From the NCBI GenBank assembly GCA_051294905.1, contig CM119386.1:13826001-13890000 (forward strand): 64,000 bases of DNA, written 5' to 3'. Positions within the stretch are counted from its first letter, which is position 1. Every line of letters starts with the position of its first letter. Positions 51,601 to 61,300 of this stretch are shown here, piece after piece. The notes beneath the pieces were generated by a model that saw only the letters and a list, made by a program, of their open reading frames with translations, did no database searches and had not been told where the DNA came from. Made by a program: the position numbers and the translations under genes. The DNA is from Botryllus schlosseri (lineage: Eukaryota).

Positions 51601-53356
51601 ATTCGCTAAGTAATTTTAGCATGAAGAAATCATTGAAGTCCAAGTAAAGTATACGATTATACATTCTATCTCCGCATGTTTTTTGTGGTAAAGTTTAAAT
51701 ATATATCTAGCACCGCATTGCGTAACTCATGGTCACTGGTCAGTCACGGCAGGTGGTCAGTAAAGAAGTACCATTACTTTTTCCAAGTACTCCTGTCAGT
51801 ACTTTTGCATATACTTGCACTATAGGCCTACTTACTTATAAAACGCCACTTCCACGTATACGTGAGACGAGCGATAACTACTTTGGCCATGGGAATGGTT
51901 AGGGTTATGTATGATTGCCTACCATTATACTATATGGCCAAATTCACTGACGATCCGGTGTTAGCAACTCGAAAATGTCCATCGGTATTTGATAATCTCA
52001 CTTTTGACAAGCGTCGAAAATGTGCGCTCGAGGCCGTGTTAAATGCCTGCAGTAGGCCTACCTTGAAAAAAATCGCATTCAAGTTCTTTAGAAAACCAAG
52101 GAATCAATTGGATCAATAAGAGGAGATGGGCTCGCTAAAATGCGACTATTCATCCCGCTTACAATGAGATTCTATATCGTTTCAAATTGCTTCTGTTTTT
52201 GCAAGTCACCTCATGCATACGCACACTAGTGCGGAGCAGATCGACAATTGTTTATTTGGAGCTCTGGTCCGACTCCTAGACGCAATTCTAGAAATAACCG
52301 TGATCTGGTCCGAAAAAGTCCGAGAATATTTATCTACTCACAGGATGATATTGAATATTGTTTGAAACAATGCAAAGAGGACCTCAAACCTCAAAGATCA
52401 AACCCAACCCTTCTCTGAAGTAATTATGTCAACATGGGCTTAGCTTGTGCTTTATTTCCACGAACGTTTCACTTTAAATATTGATTCGAGGGTTAAAGAG
52501 GGTAAGGCTGTCCTATTCTTAGTAAAAAGTACTGATCCGGCTCCGATCCGACTCCGGCCGTATCAGAAAAAGTACAGATCCGGATCCGGCCCAAAATGAG
52601 ATAATCCGTCCGGATTTCCAATCCGGGCCCCGGTGCATGCTCCGACCTAACACACACACGTATTATAGTGTATGTCAGGTGCTCTGTGTAATGTATATTT
52701 TCTTTTCTTTCAAAGACTTCAGCTGAAAGCGAATCGAAAGACTAGCAGTAACGTAAGTGTGCGCCGGCTCCAAATGATGCAGCACAGCATGACCGAACGG
52801 GAAAAGTTGGATCGCACAATCGAAGATAGAATGGCGGCTCTCGGCATTCAGGACAATCCGAATCAATTGCGATATTCCCGCCATTTGGATGGCAAGGCGA
52901 ATCCAAGCTTCGGATTCGTGATTTTGAATCCTCAGCCTGATATCCGAGTAAAAAGAGGTGATATACTGTAAGTAGCGCGAATTCGAAATATAATATAGGC
53001 CTACTGGCAGATTGTTTTTGTTTTTGTGTTCATTGTGCTTCGATGTTCATAATCGATTTCGGAATAATATAAAATTATGTCAGTCGATTGCTAGATATTT
53101 TAATTTTAGATACATCATTGAGCCCGAATGCAAGAACAGATCAGGTAGCGAGCCTATGTTCGAAACCGCCGGTATGACGTCCATCGACGAGACCAATGAA
53201 AACGCTTCAGTCATTTTGGATTCGGACACGCCAAGCACGTCATCTCCCGGACAGACTTCTAGCCCTCGATCTCCCGAATCAAGGGCTGCGTGCGAGTCAA
53301 TCACGGCGAACGACGCGACAGGCTCGCAATCATCTAAAACTCCGCCTGCAGTGTAA
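18642..53356 (+). CDS. KCNT1/KCNT2: Slo2/Slack/Slick-type potassium channel, subfamily T (KCNT1/KCNT2 co-ortholog), about 1141 aa
   Basis: 25 in-phase exons: 18642-18676 (candidate first exon), 31780-31859, 31923-32019, 34147-34270, 34378-34512, 35933-36016, 36087-36181, 39107-39290, 41400-41502, 41559-41757, 42637-42814, 43500-43603, 46627-46776, 47385-47665, 48534-48597, 48845-48953, 49023-49135, 49227-49343, 49413-49517, 49935-50073, 50496-50684, 51080-51230, 51553-51643, 52716-52967, 53110-53356 (TAA). Total 3426 nt. Motifs: [36 protein letters not shown] (K+ filter), [63 protein letters not shown]. Identity of the first exon is less certain than the rest. Confidence 0.93.
19922..20520 (+). 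mobile_element. hAT-type MITE family A
   Basis: TIRs cagggttgtaa...ttacaaccctg; perfect TSD actcggcc (19914-19921 and 20521-20528). Confidence 0.92.
21130..21700 (-). mobile_element. Possible decayed CR1/L2-type LINE ORF2 (AP-endonuclease) fragment
   Basis: Minus-strand ORF 21340-21591 has [13 protein letters not shown] and [16 protein letters not shown], resembling EN-domain segments (EILWV..LLVGSFYRPP; HQLV.EPTR.NNILDL..TN). Highly degenerate. Confidence 0.35.
23395..23516 (+). CDS. Candidate alternative first coding exon (1b) of KCNT
   Basis: ATG at 23395 and 23416 (caaaATGg). Open frame [40 protein letters not shown] ends at TCACG|GTAACA, a phase-2 donor matching the phase-2 acceptor at 31780. 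Confidence 0.45.
25337..28354. mobile_element. 3.0-kb TIR element with 32-bp perfect TIRs and 8-bp TSD (P-superfamily-like, non-autonomous or decayed)
   Basis: TIR CAGGGATATATAGAACTCCGGGATGGCTGACT at 25337-25368 and its exact reverse complement at 28323-28354; TSD gatttttc (25329-25336 and 28355-28362). Superfamily assignment is inference. Confidence 0.85.
25814..26219 (+). mobile_element. hAT-type MITE family E
   Basis: tagggttgcatttaaaac...aaatgcacccctg; flanks ccatggagta/ccatggagca; colinear with 55626-56090. Confidence 0.75.
30288..30352 (+). CDS. Candidate alternative first coding exon (1c) of KCNT
   Basis: ATG 30288 and 30309. [21 protein letters not shown](T) ends at AC|GTATGA, phase 2. 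Confidence 0.3.
31482..31742 (+). mobile_element. tRNA-derived SINE (Meta-SINE-like core)
   Basis: A-box TAGTGTAATGG (31492), B-box GGTTTGATCCC (about 31530), then GGGTCATACCAAAGACTCGAAAAATGGT...GACGCTCAGCA, and a (TC)n tail. The core resembles the Meta-domain as recalled; not verified. Confidence 0.75.
32193..32850 (+). mobile_element. Charlie-like hAT MITE
   Basis: cattgattcttaacctttt...gtttgagaaccactg; flanks agctagat/ctctagat resemble the Charlie NTCTAGAN target. Confidence 0.65.
34662..35662 (+). mobile_element. hAT-type MITE family B (GTGAAC/GTTCAC-rich ends, 1.0 kb)
   Basis: TIR tagggatggtgtgaac...gttcacaccatcccta; perfect TSD ctatttaa (34654-34661 and 35663-35670). Confidence 0.92.
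36429..37218 (+). mobile_element. Charlie-like hAT MITE (790 bp)
   Basis: caggggttctcaac...gttgagaaccactg; perfect TSD gtgtagta (36421-36428 and 37219-37226). Confidence 0.9.
37816..38695 (+). mobile_element. hAT MITE (GGGCAAAC/GCGGGCCGC type) with a nested Charlie-like fragment (about 38225-38530)
   Basis: cgggtgggcaaac...gtttgcccacccctg; flanks tgctacgc/tgctacgg. Confidence 0.7.
39107..39290 (+). other. KCNT1/KCNT2: Pore exon of the KCNT channel (pore helix, TVGYG selectivity filter, S6)
   Basis: Translation [60 protein letters not shown]. Confidence 0.97.
40344..40912 (+). mobile_element. hAT-type MITE family A
   Basis: Same TIRs; perfect TSD gtgctacc (40336-40343 and 40913-40920); colinear with 19922-20520. 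Confidence 0.92.
43090..43325. repeat. Family I palindromic copy
   Basis: caggggtaatcgtcagca...tgctgacgataacccctg inverted arms. Confidence 0.6.
43971..46417 (+). mobile_element. Charlie-like hAT element hosting nested insertions
   Basis: cagtggttcccaacc...gtttgggaaccactg; perfect TSD acctatgc (43963-43970 and 46418-46425). Confidence 0.88.
44051..45014 (-). mobile_element. hAT-type MITE family B (inverted relative to 34662-35662)
   Basis: Same TIR; perfect TSD gtaacaac (44043-44050 and 45015-45022). Confidence 0.92.
47674..48094 (-). mobile_element. Degenerate hAT-type MITE family A, 8 nt after a splice donor
   Basis: cagggttgtaaacaagtcacaagg...gtcattaaaacgctg; colinear with the 8251-8803 copy; TSD not clear. 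Confidence 0.75.
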
Positions 53357-55016
53357 ATTTGCTCATCCCCTTTAGCGAGGACTTGATGATCAAATACAGC
53401 GTTGCATAAGGCCGTTTATGCGACATGTTTGAACTATGTTGAGGCGTTTTGTTTCACCGATGCACTGAATTATTAGTACTGTTGTTGCATCCAAAATGTA
53501 GTTATTGCAATCGCATACCTGATGAATGAATTAGTATCTACCGACTAATGAATTTTCAAGTCTAGTCAACGCGACAATGGTGCCTTTATGAATTATAAAC
53601 CGCTTCGGACATTGCACTGTGACACTTTGCACATAACGTAGCAGAGTAGCAGTAAATATATATAGATATATACATATTTTGTCTCCGTCTTGTAGAATGA
53701 TTGTTTTTCACTAGAAACTGAACCGCGATTATAAAGCTGCATTGCAATTTGTTATTACAATTTACCCGTTGTCACCGCCGAGGATAAATAGACTCGGGTG
53801 GAGTGATTTGTATTCGCTTAAATTGCGAGATTGTTGGCTCAATTTTTCGATGTGGAAGGCACTATAATTAGAATATATATGACGCTTTGACGCACGCTGC
53901 ACTCTTTAAATTCGAACCATACAGTTATAAATTGTTGAAGGGCACCACTCCAAGTTAGAACTATGTAGTTGATGTTCGGATGCAGCGTGCGATTGCATGG
54001 TGTCAGTAGCGCAGGGTGGGTCTTAGGCTACTTGTAGGACAATAACGAGTTTTATGGTTGGTAGGTTTAACATGCCATTATGAACCGACAAATTGCTGTC
54101 AATATTAATTCATCAAACTACCTCAACTCAAAGAGTAAACAAAGAGCGACTAGCACTCGAGATACCGACGTCAACGCATCAAAATACAGTGACAGCATAA
54201 TCTTTATGCCGCGTATTGAGTTACGTTCTGTCGTGCTACAGCTGTAAGTGACTATCGGTCGCAAGGATGCGACCAAAGCCGAAAATACTTCGTTACTACG
54301 TTAACTTGTAATATGAGTATTGTGTAATGCTGATCAGACTCGACTGTAATATCAATTGCACGACTCGGCGCAGAAGTTTCTGCCTTCGCGATATGGTACT
54401 GTTAGTTCCTATTTATATTCTAAAGAACCGCTTCTTAACTGGAAGATGGAATACACAAACTCGTTCAGTTGAGAGTTACTAACCTGCGTAGTTTCGGCAT
54501 AAAAATTAGTTCGATAGCGGCATTTTCTATATAATCTAATATAAAATGTAAGATAAGTTACGGCGGGTGTCATTTATCCAGTGAGATTCAGAGGGCCCCG
54601 ACGTGGCTCGCTCATGTCAAACCAAAGCTTATTGCGCGATCTGACGTCAAACATTGTGAGTAGTGTGTACCCGGAAAGTATTTCACGGAATGAAAACTCA
54701 ACTTTTACATCATGGCTGTATTTATCAATGCAGCTTACGGTTTAATACTGAAGTTCGGTGAAGGTAGGCTATCCTTACGCTACTTACCTAACCGATATTC
54801 TGGCGTCATTCGACGCACATCAAAACAGTGCCTCACCATAGGCCTATGACCGTGCCAGTAAATTCCAGGGTTTATAGTCTAATTCTAATGGCTCTACGTC
54901 ACTTACTTTGCATATTGTCTCGGCTTGTACTCGAAATATTGTGCATTACTCCACCAAGTCATATGACTTAATTCAAGTCTCGTACATCAGAACCGAGGAG
55001 CTATTTTAACTGTTTG

Positions 55017-55022
55017 AATAAA
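55017..55022 (+). terminator. Candidate polyadenylation signal (AATAAA) of the KCNT gene
   Basis: First canonical AATAAA found after the KCNT stop (1.66 kb 3'UTR); only about 300 nt upstream of the SCARB ATG. Confidence 0.4.
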
Positions 55023-55140
55023 CATTTTTGGTGAGAAAACGAGTATATCAAGGATGTGAGGCCTTCAATATCCTCCAAGTGTTTCAAAAAGTGAGTTGAA
55101 CCCATCTTGAACTCGATAACGAGCAGTGAACACTATGCCC

Positions 55141-55254
55141 TGGACTCAGACTCGAGTCTCGGCCCTATTACTCTGACTCAAGTTTTTTCTACTGGAAACT
55201 ATACGAGCAAGATTGACTTGCGACGCAGAACCTTGTGACTTGGTTACAACTCTG
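55141..55254 (+). mobile_element. Right-end fragment of family A MITE
   Basis: gactcagactcgagtc...gattgacttgcgacgcagaaccttgtgacttggttacaactctg matches the right end of family A. Confidence 0.65.
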
Positions 55255-55260
55255 CACAAA

Positions 55261-55283
55261 GGTATTTTTTCGTTAGTTTACAG
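55261..55283 (+). promoter_or_regulatory. 3' splice acceptor (cis or trans) 41 nt upstream of the SCARB start codon
   Basis: ggtattttttcgttagtttacAG|gaaac: T-rich tract plus CAG, with no coding exon upstream. Confidence 0.55.
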
Positions 55284-55324
55284 GAAACTCTATTTTACTC
55301 AAAGTACCATGTAGCCAAATTACA

Positions 55325-58300
55325 ATGGCATTCTGCCCGTGTTGTTGCGGAGGTAAATCAAACAGATGGCGGATGAAATGCTTTGGAGTCACGTCGGTCT
55401 CTTTGATTGTATTTGGTGCATTTCTTTATAGCATCTACAAAGCAATTTATGTGTCCATAATTAAGGAGGTAAGTGCCATGAATTCAAAATATCGATCATC
55501 TTACCACATTTTTATCCTGAATATTATTTTAATTATTTGTTTTTTTCACAATTTTCACAACCATATTAGATTGCGATTACATCATTTAAATTTGATTGTG
55601 AGAGCATGACAGCATGTGCCACGATTAGGGTTGCATTTAAAACAAAAATCATTTTAAAACAAATATGTTTAATTTTTTATATATGACGTCACGAATATTT
55701 AATTGTGACATCACAGCGGATATGCATTGACAATTGAAAATGTAGGGTAAATATGGCTCCGACGAAAAGGGCTTCCGGTCACTGTCATAAACAGACCAAA
55801 ATTATCTTTAACCAAGACCGCATCGTTATGCAACATTTTTACGGCGGCGGTCATCATCATCATAACACCCATTCCGTATCAATGATCGATATCTACTTGC
55901 AAAAACTGTTGAGCCGACAACGATTTCGCGGGGTCGAGCGACCCTACATCGTATACGTCGACAGTTATGGGTTCAAATCGTCTGTATGCTCATACTACAT
56001 GTTTCTTCGGACGTATTTACACAATTATGGCATAATTGGACAAATTAAACAAAGCGTTATGAAACGCCGTTCGATTTGAATGCAACCCTAGCCTAGGGTT
56101 ACCATATTTTGGTGGCACAAATTCCGGACGCTCTTTAGCGCCCACTAGCGGATTTAAAACTGAGGTGTGAGTGCATTGTCGATCAATATGACGTCACACC
56201 AGCAAAGGTTTGTCTATCGACTAGAGTAGGGGCGGGCAACTTCTCCAGCCGGCGGGCCGGATAAGGAAACATGAATACGAGGCGGGCCGGATTCCTGAAT
56301 TTTGCTATGAGTTTAGGGGAACCCCCTGAAAACGCGCTACAGATCCGTCCACCCTGCACTACCCTTTGTACATACAATTCACAGACGCACACATTCCTGC
56401 AGTTGCGAACTATGTCTGAATTTGGCGACCGATTCACGGGCGAATCCAAATCGGTGATATGAATGTGATCAAAAATCAGAGTATATTTGGTTTCTAGTCG
56501 CGTGGAGCGCGAAAAGTTTTTGCATAAATGAATGAATTTGATCAATGATATTGGTGAGTGTATGAGCAAGTGATTTCTTTGAAAATTTAGCGCATGTATA
56601 ATTATAATTTTGAACATTGATCATGGCAAAAAATATACATTCATGAGCTTATCGCAGATTATTCACTCCGGGCGGATTCATTCTTAATTATTACTTTGTT
56701 GAAAACTCCCGGGCTATCCCATTCTATAGTGTATAACTGTATATCTATATATATCATAATCAAGACACGTACGGAGAAACACTAAATCACTCGAAGCGCG
56801 CGATTTTTTTTTAGTTTGGATCCATCTGCCCGAAAATATTCCACTATTTATAAATATCACGAATATTCGAAAAATTTGGGAATGGCATGGTCCCTGGCTA
56901 CGTCAATGCGGTGAACATCAGTTGTATTAGAACGTCGCTTTGTCTTGCTAATGTTCATGCTCGAAAATGTTTGCGCCTAAATGCCTGTAGACGGCGACGT
57001 GGGCTCATCATCACGTAAGACCGAAAACTGTCGGTGGGCCGCACAAAATCCCATCGCCGGCCGGATCCGGCCCGCGGGCCGTATGTTGCCCGCCCCTGGA
57101 CTAGAGGTAGTCACGACCCGGTTCAGGAGTATGTGGTTGTGTGTTGCAGCCAGGGCCGAATCCACATTTTTTCAGTCCGGCCCCTCCCGCCCAAATAAAC
57201 GCTGATTTGGGCGCACCGTAGGTTTATCGATGCAACGTCTGGGGGCTTTCTATATGTATCTGGTCGTTGAATGATTAGAATGAATTACGTCAATAGTATA
57301 TTGGTTCTGCCAAATATTACTATATAATTTTGATCCTCTCTCCGCCCACATGATCAGAGTTAGCGGTAGAGCTGGTGTAGGATGATGCGGGGCCTAGGCC
57401 CCGGATGATGGCTTCGAAAATGCACGAAGCGTAATTGTACGTTGTCAAGTAATGTTCATGTCACACCGATAAGATTATTTATCAGCCGAATGCCGGTGCG
57501 CACTGCGCCACTGGGCACTGAGCTATCTAAACACCGCAGATCCGGCGGTTTCCAACCTTTTAAGGTCGCGACTCCATCTCCAATTTGAAATTTTTCCGCT
57601 GCGCTGCTAAAAATTTGATTAGCTAATTACTATTTAACGGTCAGCACATTTGCCAAGACTTAATCACGGCCTATTTTGGAAGCTGATTACGTTCCACATC
57701 TTCGCGAACCCCAGAATGTGTCCGATTCCTAATTCGACACCTTCCTATCTTTTCATTGCATCGCATTTTTTTGTGCTGTATTGAACTGATAAAATTGCTA
57801 AATAAACCGAACTGAATAAATATAAACTACTCCCAGGTTTAGAACCACTCTCTTTGAATGAAAGCATCGAAACGACCTAAACCGACTCTATGAATATTGA
57901 ATATACCGTTATATTATAATTGCGATTTCATTTAGACTTACTTTTGTAAATGATGAATGTTTTTATTTATTTTTGATCGCAGTTTTTGCGAGGGTGGTAG
58001 TCCCCAGCCATATTAAAACCAATATACGTGATACTTAATCGTGCGCAGCGCGAAGAAAAATTTCTTGTACCATAAATCTGCCCAAAAATAATATTGCTTA
58101 TGTTAATTTACGAAAATATTATAAGCTTACTTCACGCCTTCAAAATTCCGGACATTTAGGCATATTTTAGAAATTCCTCCCGGACGCAATTTTATAAGTG
58201 AAATTCCGGACATGTCCGGGAAATTCCGGACGTATGGCAACCCTGGCCTAGCCACGATAGAGTTTGTTTACCATTTCAGTATGTAACCGGATTTTGTTTC

Positions 58301-61300
58301 AGCAATCACAGTTACACGAGGGCACATTGCTCTACCCGGAATGGGTGGAGCCTACTCAGGTTGTAGATGTTGGATTTTTCATGATGAACATCACAAACGC
58401 CGAGGAATTCGCCTCGCAATCGCGAGATACATTTGTGAAGCCAATTCTGGAGCGTAAAGGTCCTTACGTATACAGGTGATCCAAATGCAGTATTCCAGCT
58501 ATCCGACAATATCATGAGAGATACAGTCAAAGTGTAACTGTATAGATCAAAATGGTTCTCTTTTTATAGTCGTGGTACAATTTGCGTTATAAAAATATGA
58601 AAAGATTCTGTTGCTCTCAGTTGTATGGAAATATAGAAGAATTATATCTTTGTGGCTATAAGTGTTATAGTCGAGGCGAGTAATCAAGTATAACTAATTA
58701 TGGCGTCACAGTATGATATGATGTAGGAAGTTCAAATGTGTAGCCTACTTTTTATCAGGGCATGGTATGGTATGGTATGGTCTGGATCGATATTTGGGTA
58801 TGGAATACGGAACAATGCAAGTATGGTATGGAATGGAAGATTTTAATGTATGGTATGGAACGACATTTCCATACTTCCATACTTTGGTGTTTTATATATT
58901 TTATCGTGATCTGTGCAAGCTTCATGAAGCGTACGTTGTTCGTTGTTCACGGTATACGATCGCTTTTCTTATGTGTGAACGTGAACTATTGAACGCTGTG
59001 TAGGAACAAATACACGCTTGTGCAACGGTTTTAGGAGCACTTGGAATGACATGATTTTGTGATGTAATAATGACAACAGTAATGTTGATCAGATATTGTC
59101 TCGAGTCTAGACACGACGTCTCCGGGCATAGTCTATCATGTGACGCAATAATTGGTAATGTAGGCTACTCCAACTACCTCATTCCTTGAGTGACGACAGC
59201 TTACAAGCAATCATGATGCAACGAACTAAATGCTCAATGTGATTGATAATTACATTTCTTCCGAAACATTGTCCGCACATCTATACTATTTACATACCGA
59301 GATATCTTATTGGTCACCAACGATCTCGCATTAGGATTATAGATCAGGGAGTGGGGTAGATATAGTTTGGAATTCTCGCCACGCTAACGCCAACCAAATA
59401 CTGTACTAATAATCACGCAGATCGCTGCAGTATTGATCGCCTGCAGCTGGGATATTTTATGGGTGCGCCTATATTATAAATTATTTTGGGAGTATTTACT
59501 TTAAACTTACATGTGCCTCATGCCAATGTACCGGAAATGAGATGATATCCTTATGGAACAGGGGCGGGCAACTTCTCCAGTCGGCGGGCCGGAAATAGGA
59601 AAATCAGGTACTTGGCGGGCCGGATTGCTGAAAGGAGAAATTATTCGCCCATGTATACAAGGAATAAATCGTATTTAATGAATGTATTTTATCGACAGCA
59701 ATGTCACTTCAAAGCCTATTTTCGCCGATAATGACTATACAATGTTGATTTGAGAATAGCACTTTCATACAGGCGCCGCCGTGTCTGCTTCTGTGTGATC
59801 AAATAACTCACGGTGCAATCCTTAATTAAGATTTCAAAGCGTTTGATAAGCCCGGTACCCAAAATTTACCAAGAATCAATTCATTAGGGTTCAGCACATC
59901 GTAAATGCCGATAATGCAAGTCTTCTCGCTTCGACGAACTTACGCGTAAGCTCCACTCTCGCACGCTGCACAGTGCGCACACCTATATAATAACATACAG
60001 TCACTAAAATTTGACGTTTAGGCAGGTAGGGGGGAATTTTGACAGACTGGGGCCGCGGGCCACATTATTATGTAAGACGGGAAACTGTCCGCGGGCCGGA
60101 AAAAATCTTGTTGCCGGCCGTATGTTGCCAGTTCCATTTTATGGACAGTCCTAGATAACAATCTGCTCACTATCTCATTTTGCTCGAGGAAGCTGTGGAG
60201 TAGACGTACACGGCACCTCACCACCGTGAACTAAACCTCACCAAAACAGACTCTGTAAAAATATTACCAGGAATTAGATTCTCACCATGGCCAGTTTAAG
60301 CAATAATGACATCCGAAATATCAATAATATAGGTGCTATAAAAGGTACTATACTACTATACTTATGATATTGAAGTATTTGAAAGTATGGAATATGTATC
60401 AAGTATGGTATGGAACAATGTTGGTATGGTATGGAAAATTGCAAGTATGGTATGGAGAGAGTAAGGCAAGTATGGAGTATGGAAAATTATCGTTCCATAC
60501 CATACCATACCATGCCCTGCTTTTTATGCGACAGCAAAGAATATAATGTAGCTCTATATCACATTAGGGAATATTACTTGGTATATATTCTGCCGCGCCT
60601 ATTTCATTGCACTTTTTGAAAATGCTGTGAGTTGACCACGACTTCACAGATATGTCATTTCCACTAACATGCGTGGATTTATACTGCATGATATGAGTGG
60701 CCCGCTACTGCTGTGGATGGCATATGCAGCAGGCGGGCAACATACGTCCCGCAGACACTTTACGGTATTACATGATAATGTGGCCCGCGGGTCACTATCA
60801 AGCAAAATTTTTAGACAATGAACATAAACAAGTCAAAGCCGCGTTCCAATCTAACTGATGTTCACGTGCAGTCTTTACTAAGGGTTTATGCGTCCGACAT
60901 ACAGCCAGAGTTCAAAGAACTTGTTGAAAACTTTGATCGACCACAGATGTCTCATTGACCTCAACGGTTATTGAAGTAAATTACGTTAATAAATTCATTG
61001 AATACTGTTTTTGGTTTATATGCTAAACTTAATGTTTACATTAAATACGACTTATTCCTTGTATAGGTGGATAAATCCGCGATTAATGTATGTATTTAGG
61101 ATTCCGGCCCGCCAAGTAGGCCTACTTCATTATTCCATATCCGGCCCTCCGACTGGAGAAGTTGCCCGCCCCCGACATATGCCTTTGGAGATGAATGATT
61201 CGCTTCTCATGTCAATTCCTTCGAATAGTTGTCGGCCTCTGTACTGTATGCGGACTGTAGCCTTCAGTGCTGATATGTGCTGTTTAAATTATACAAAGAC

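Noticed and set aside
58762-60619. Y/G/M/W-rich ORFs (58762, 58767, 60364, 60410)
   Set aside because: Translation artefacts of (GTATG)n arrays.
59559-61174. One 1.6-kb element defined by ~75-bp inverted ends
   Set aside because: The flanks (ttatggaa vs acatatgc) do not form a TSD; better explained as two separate family F copies, one nested in family G.
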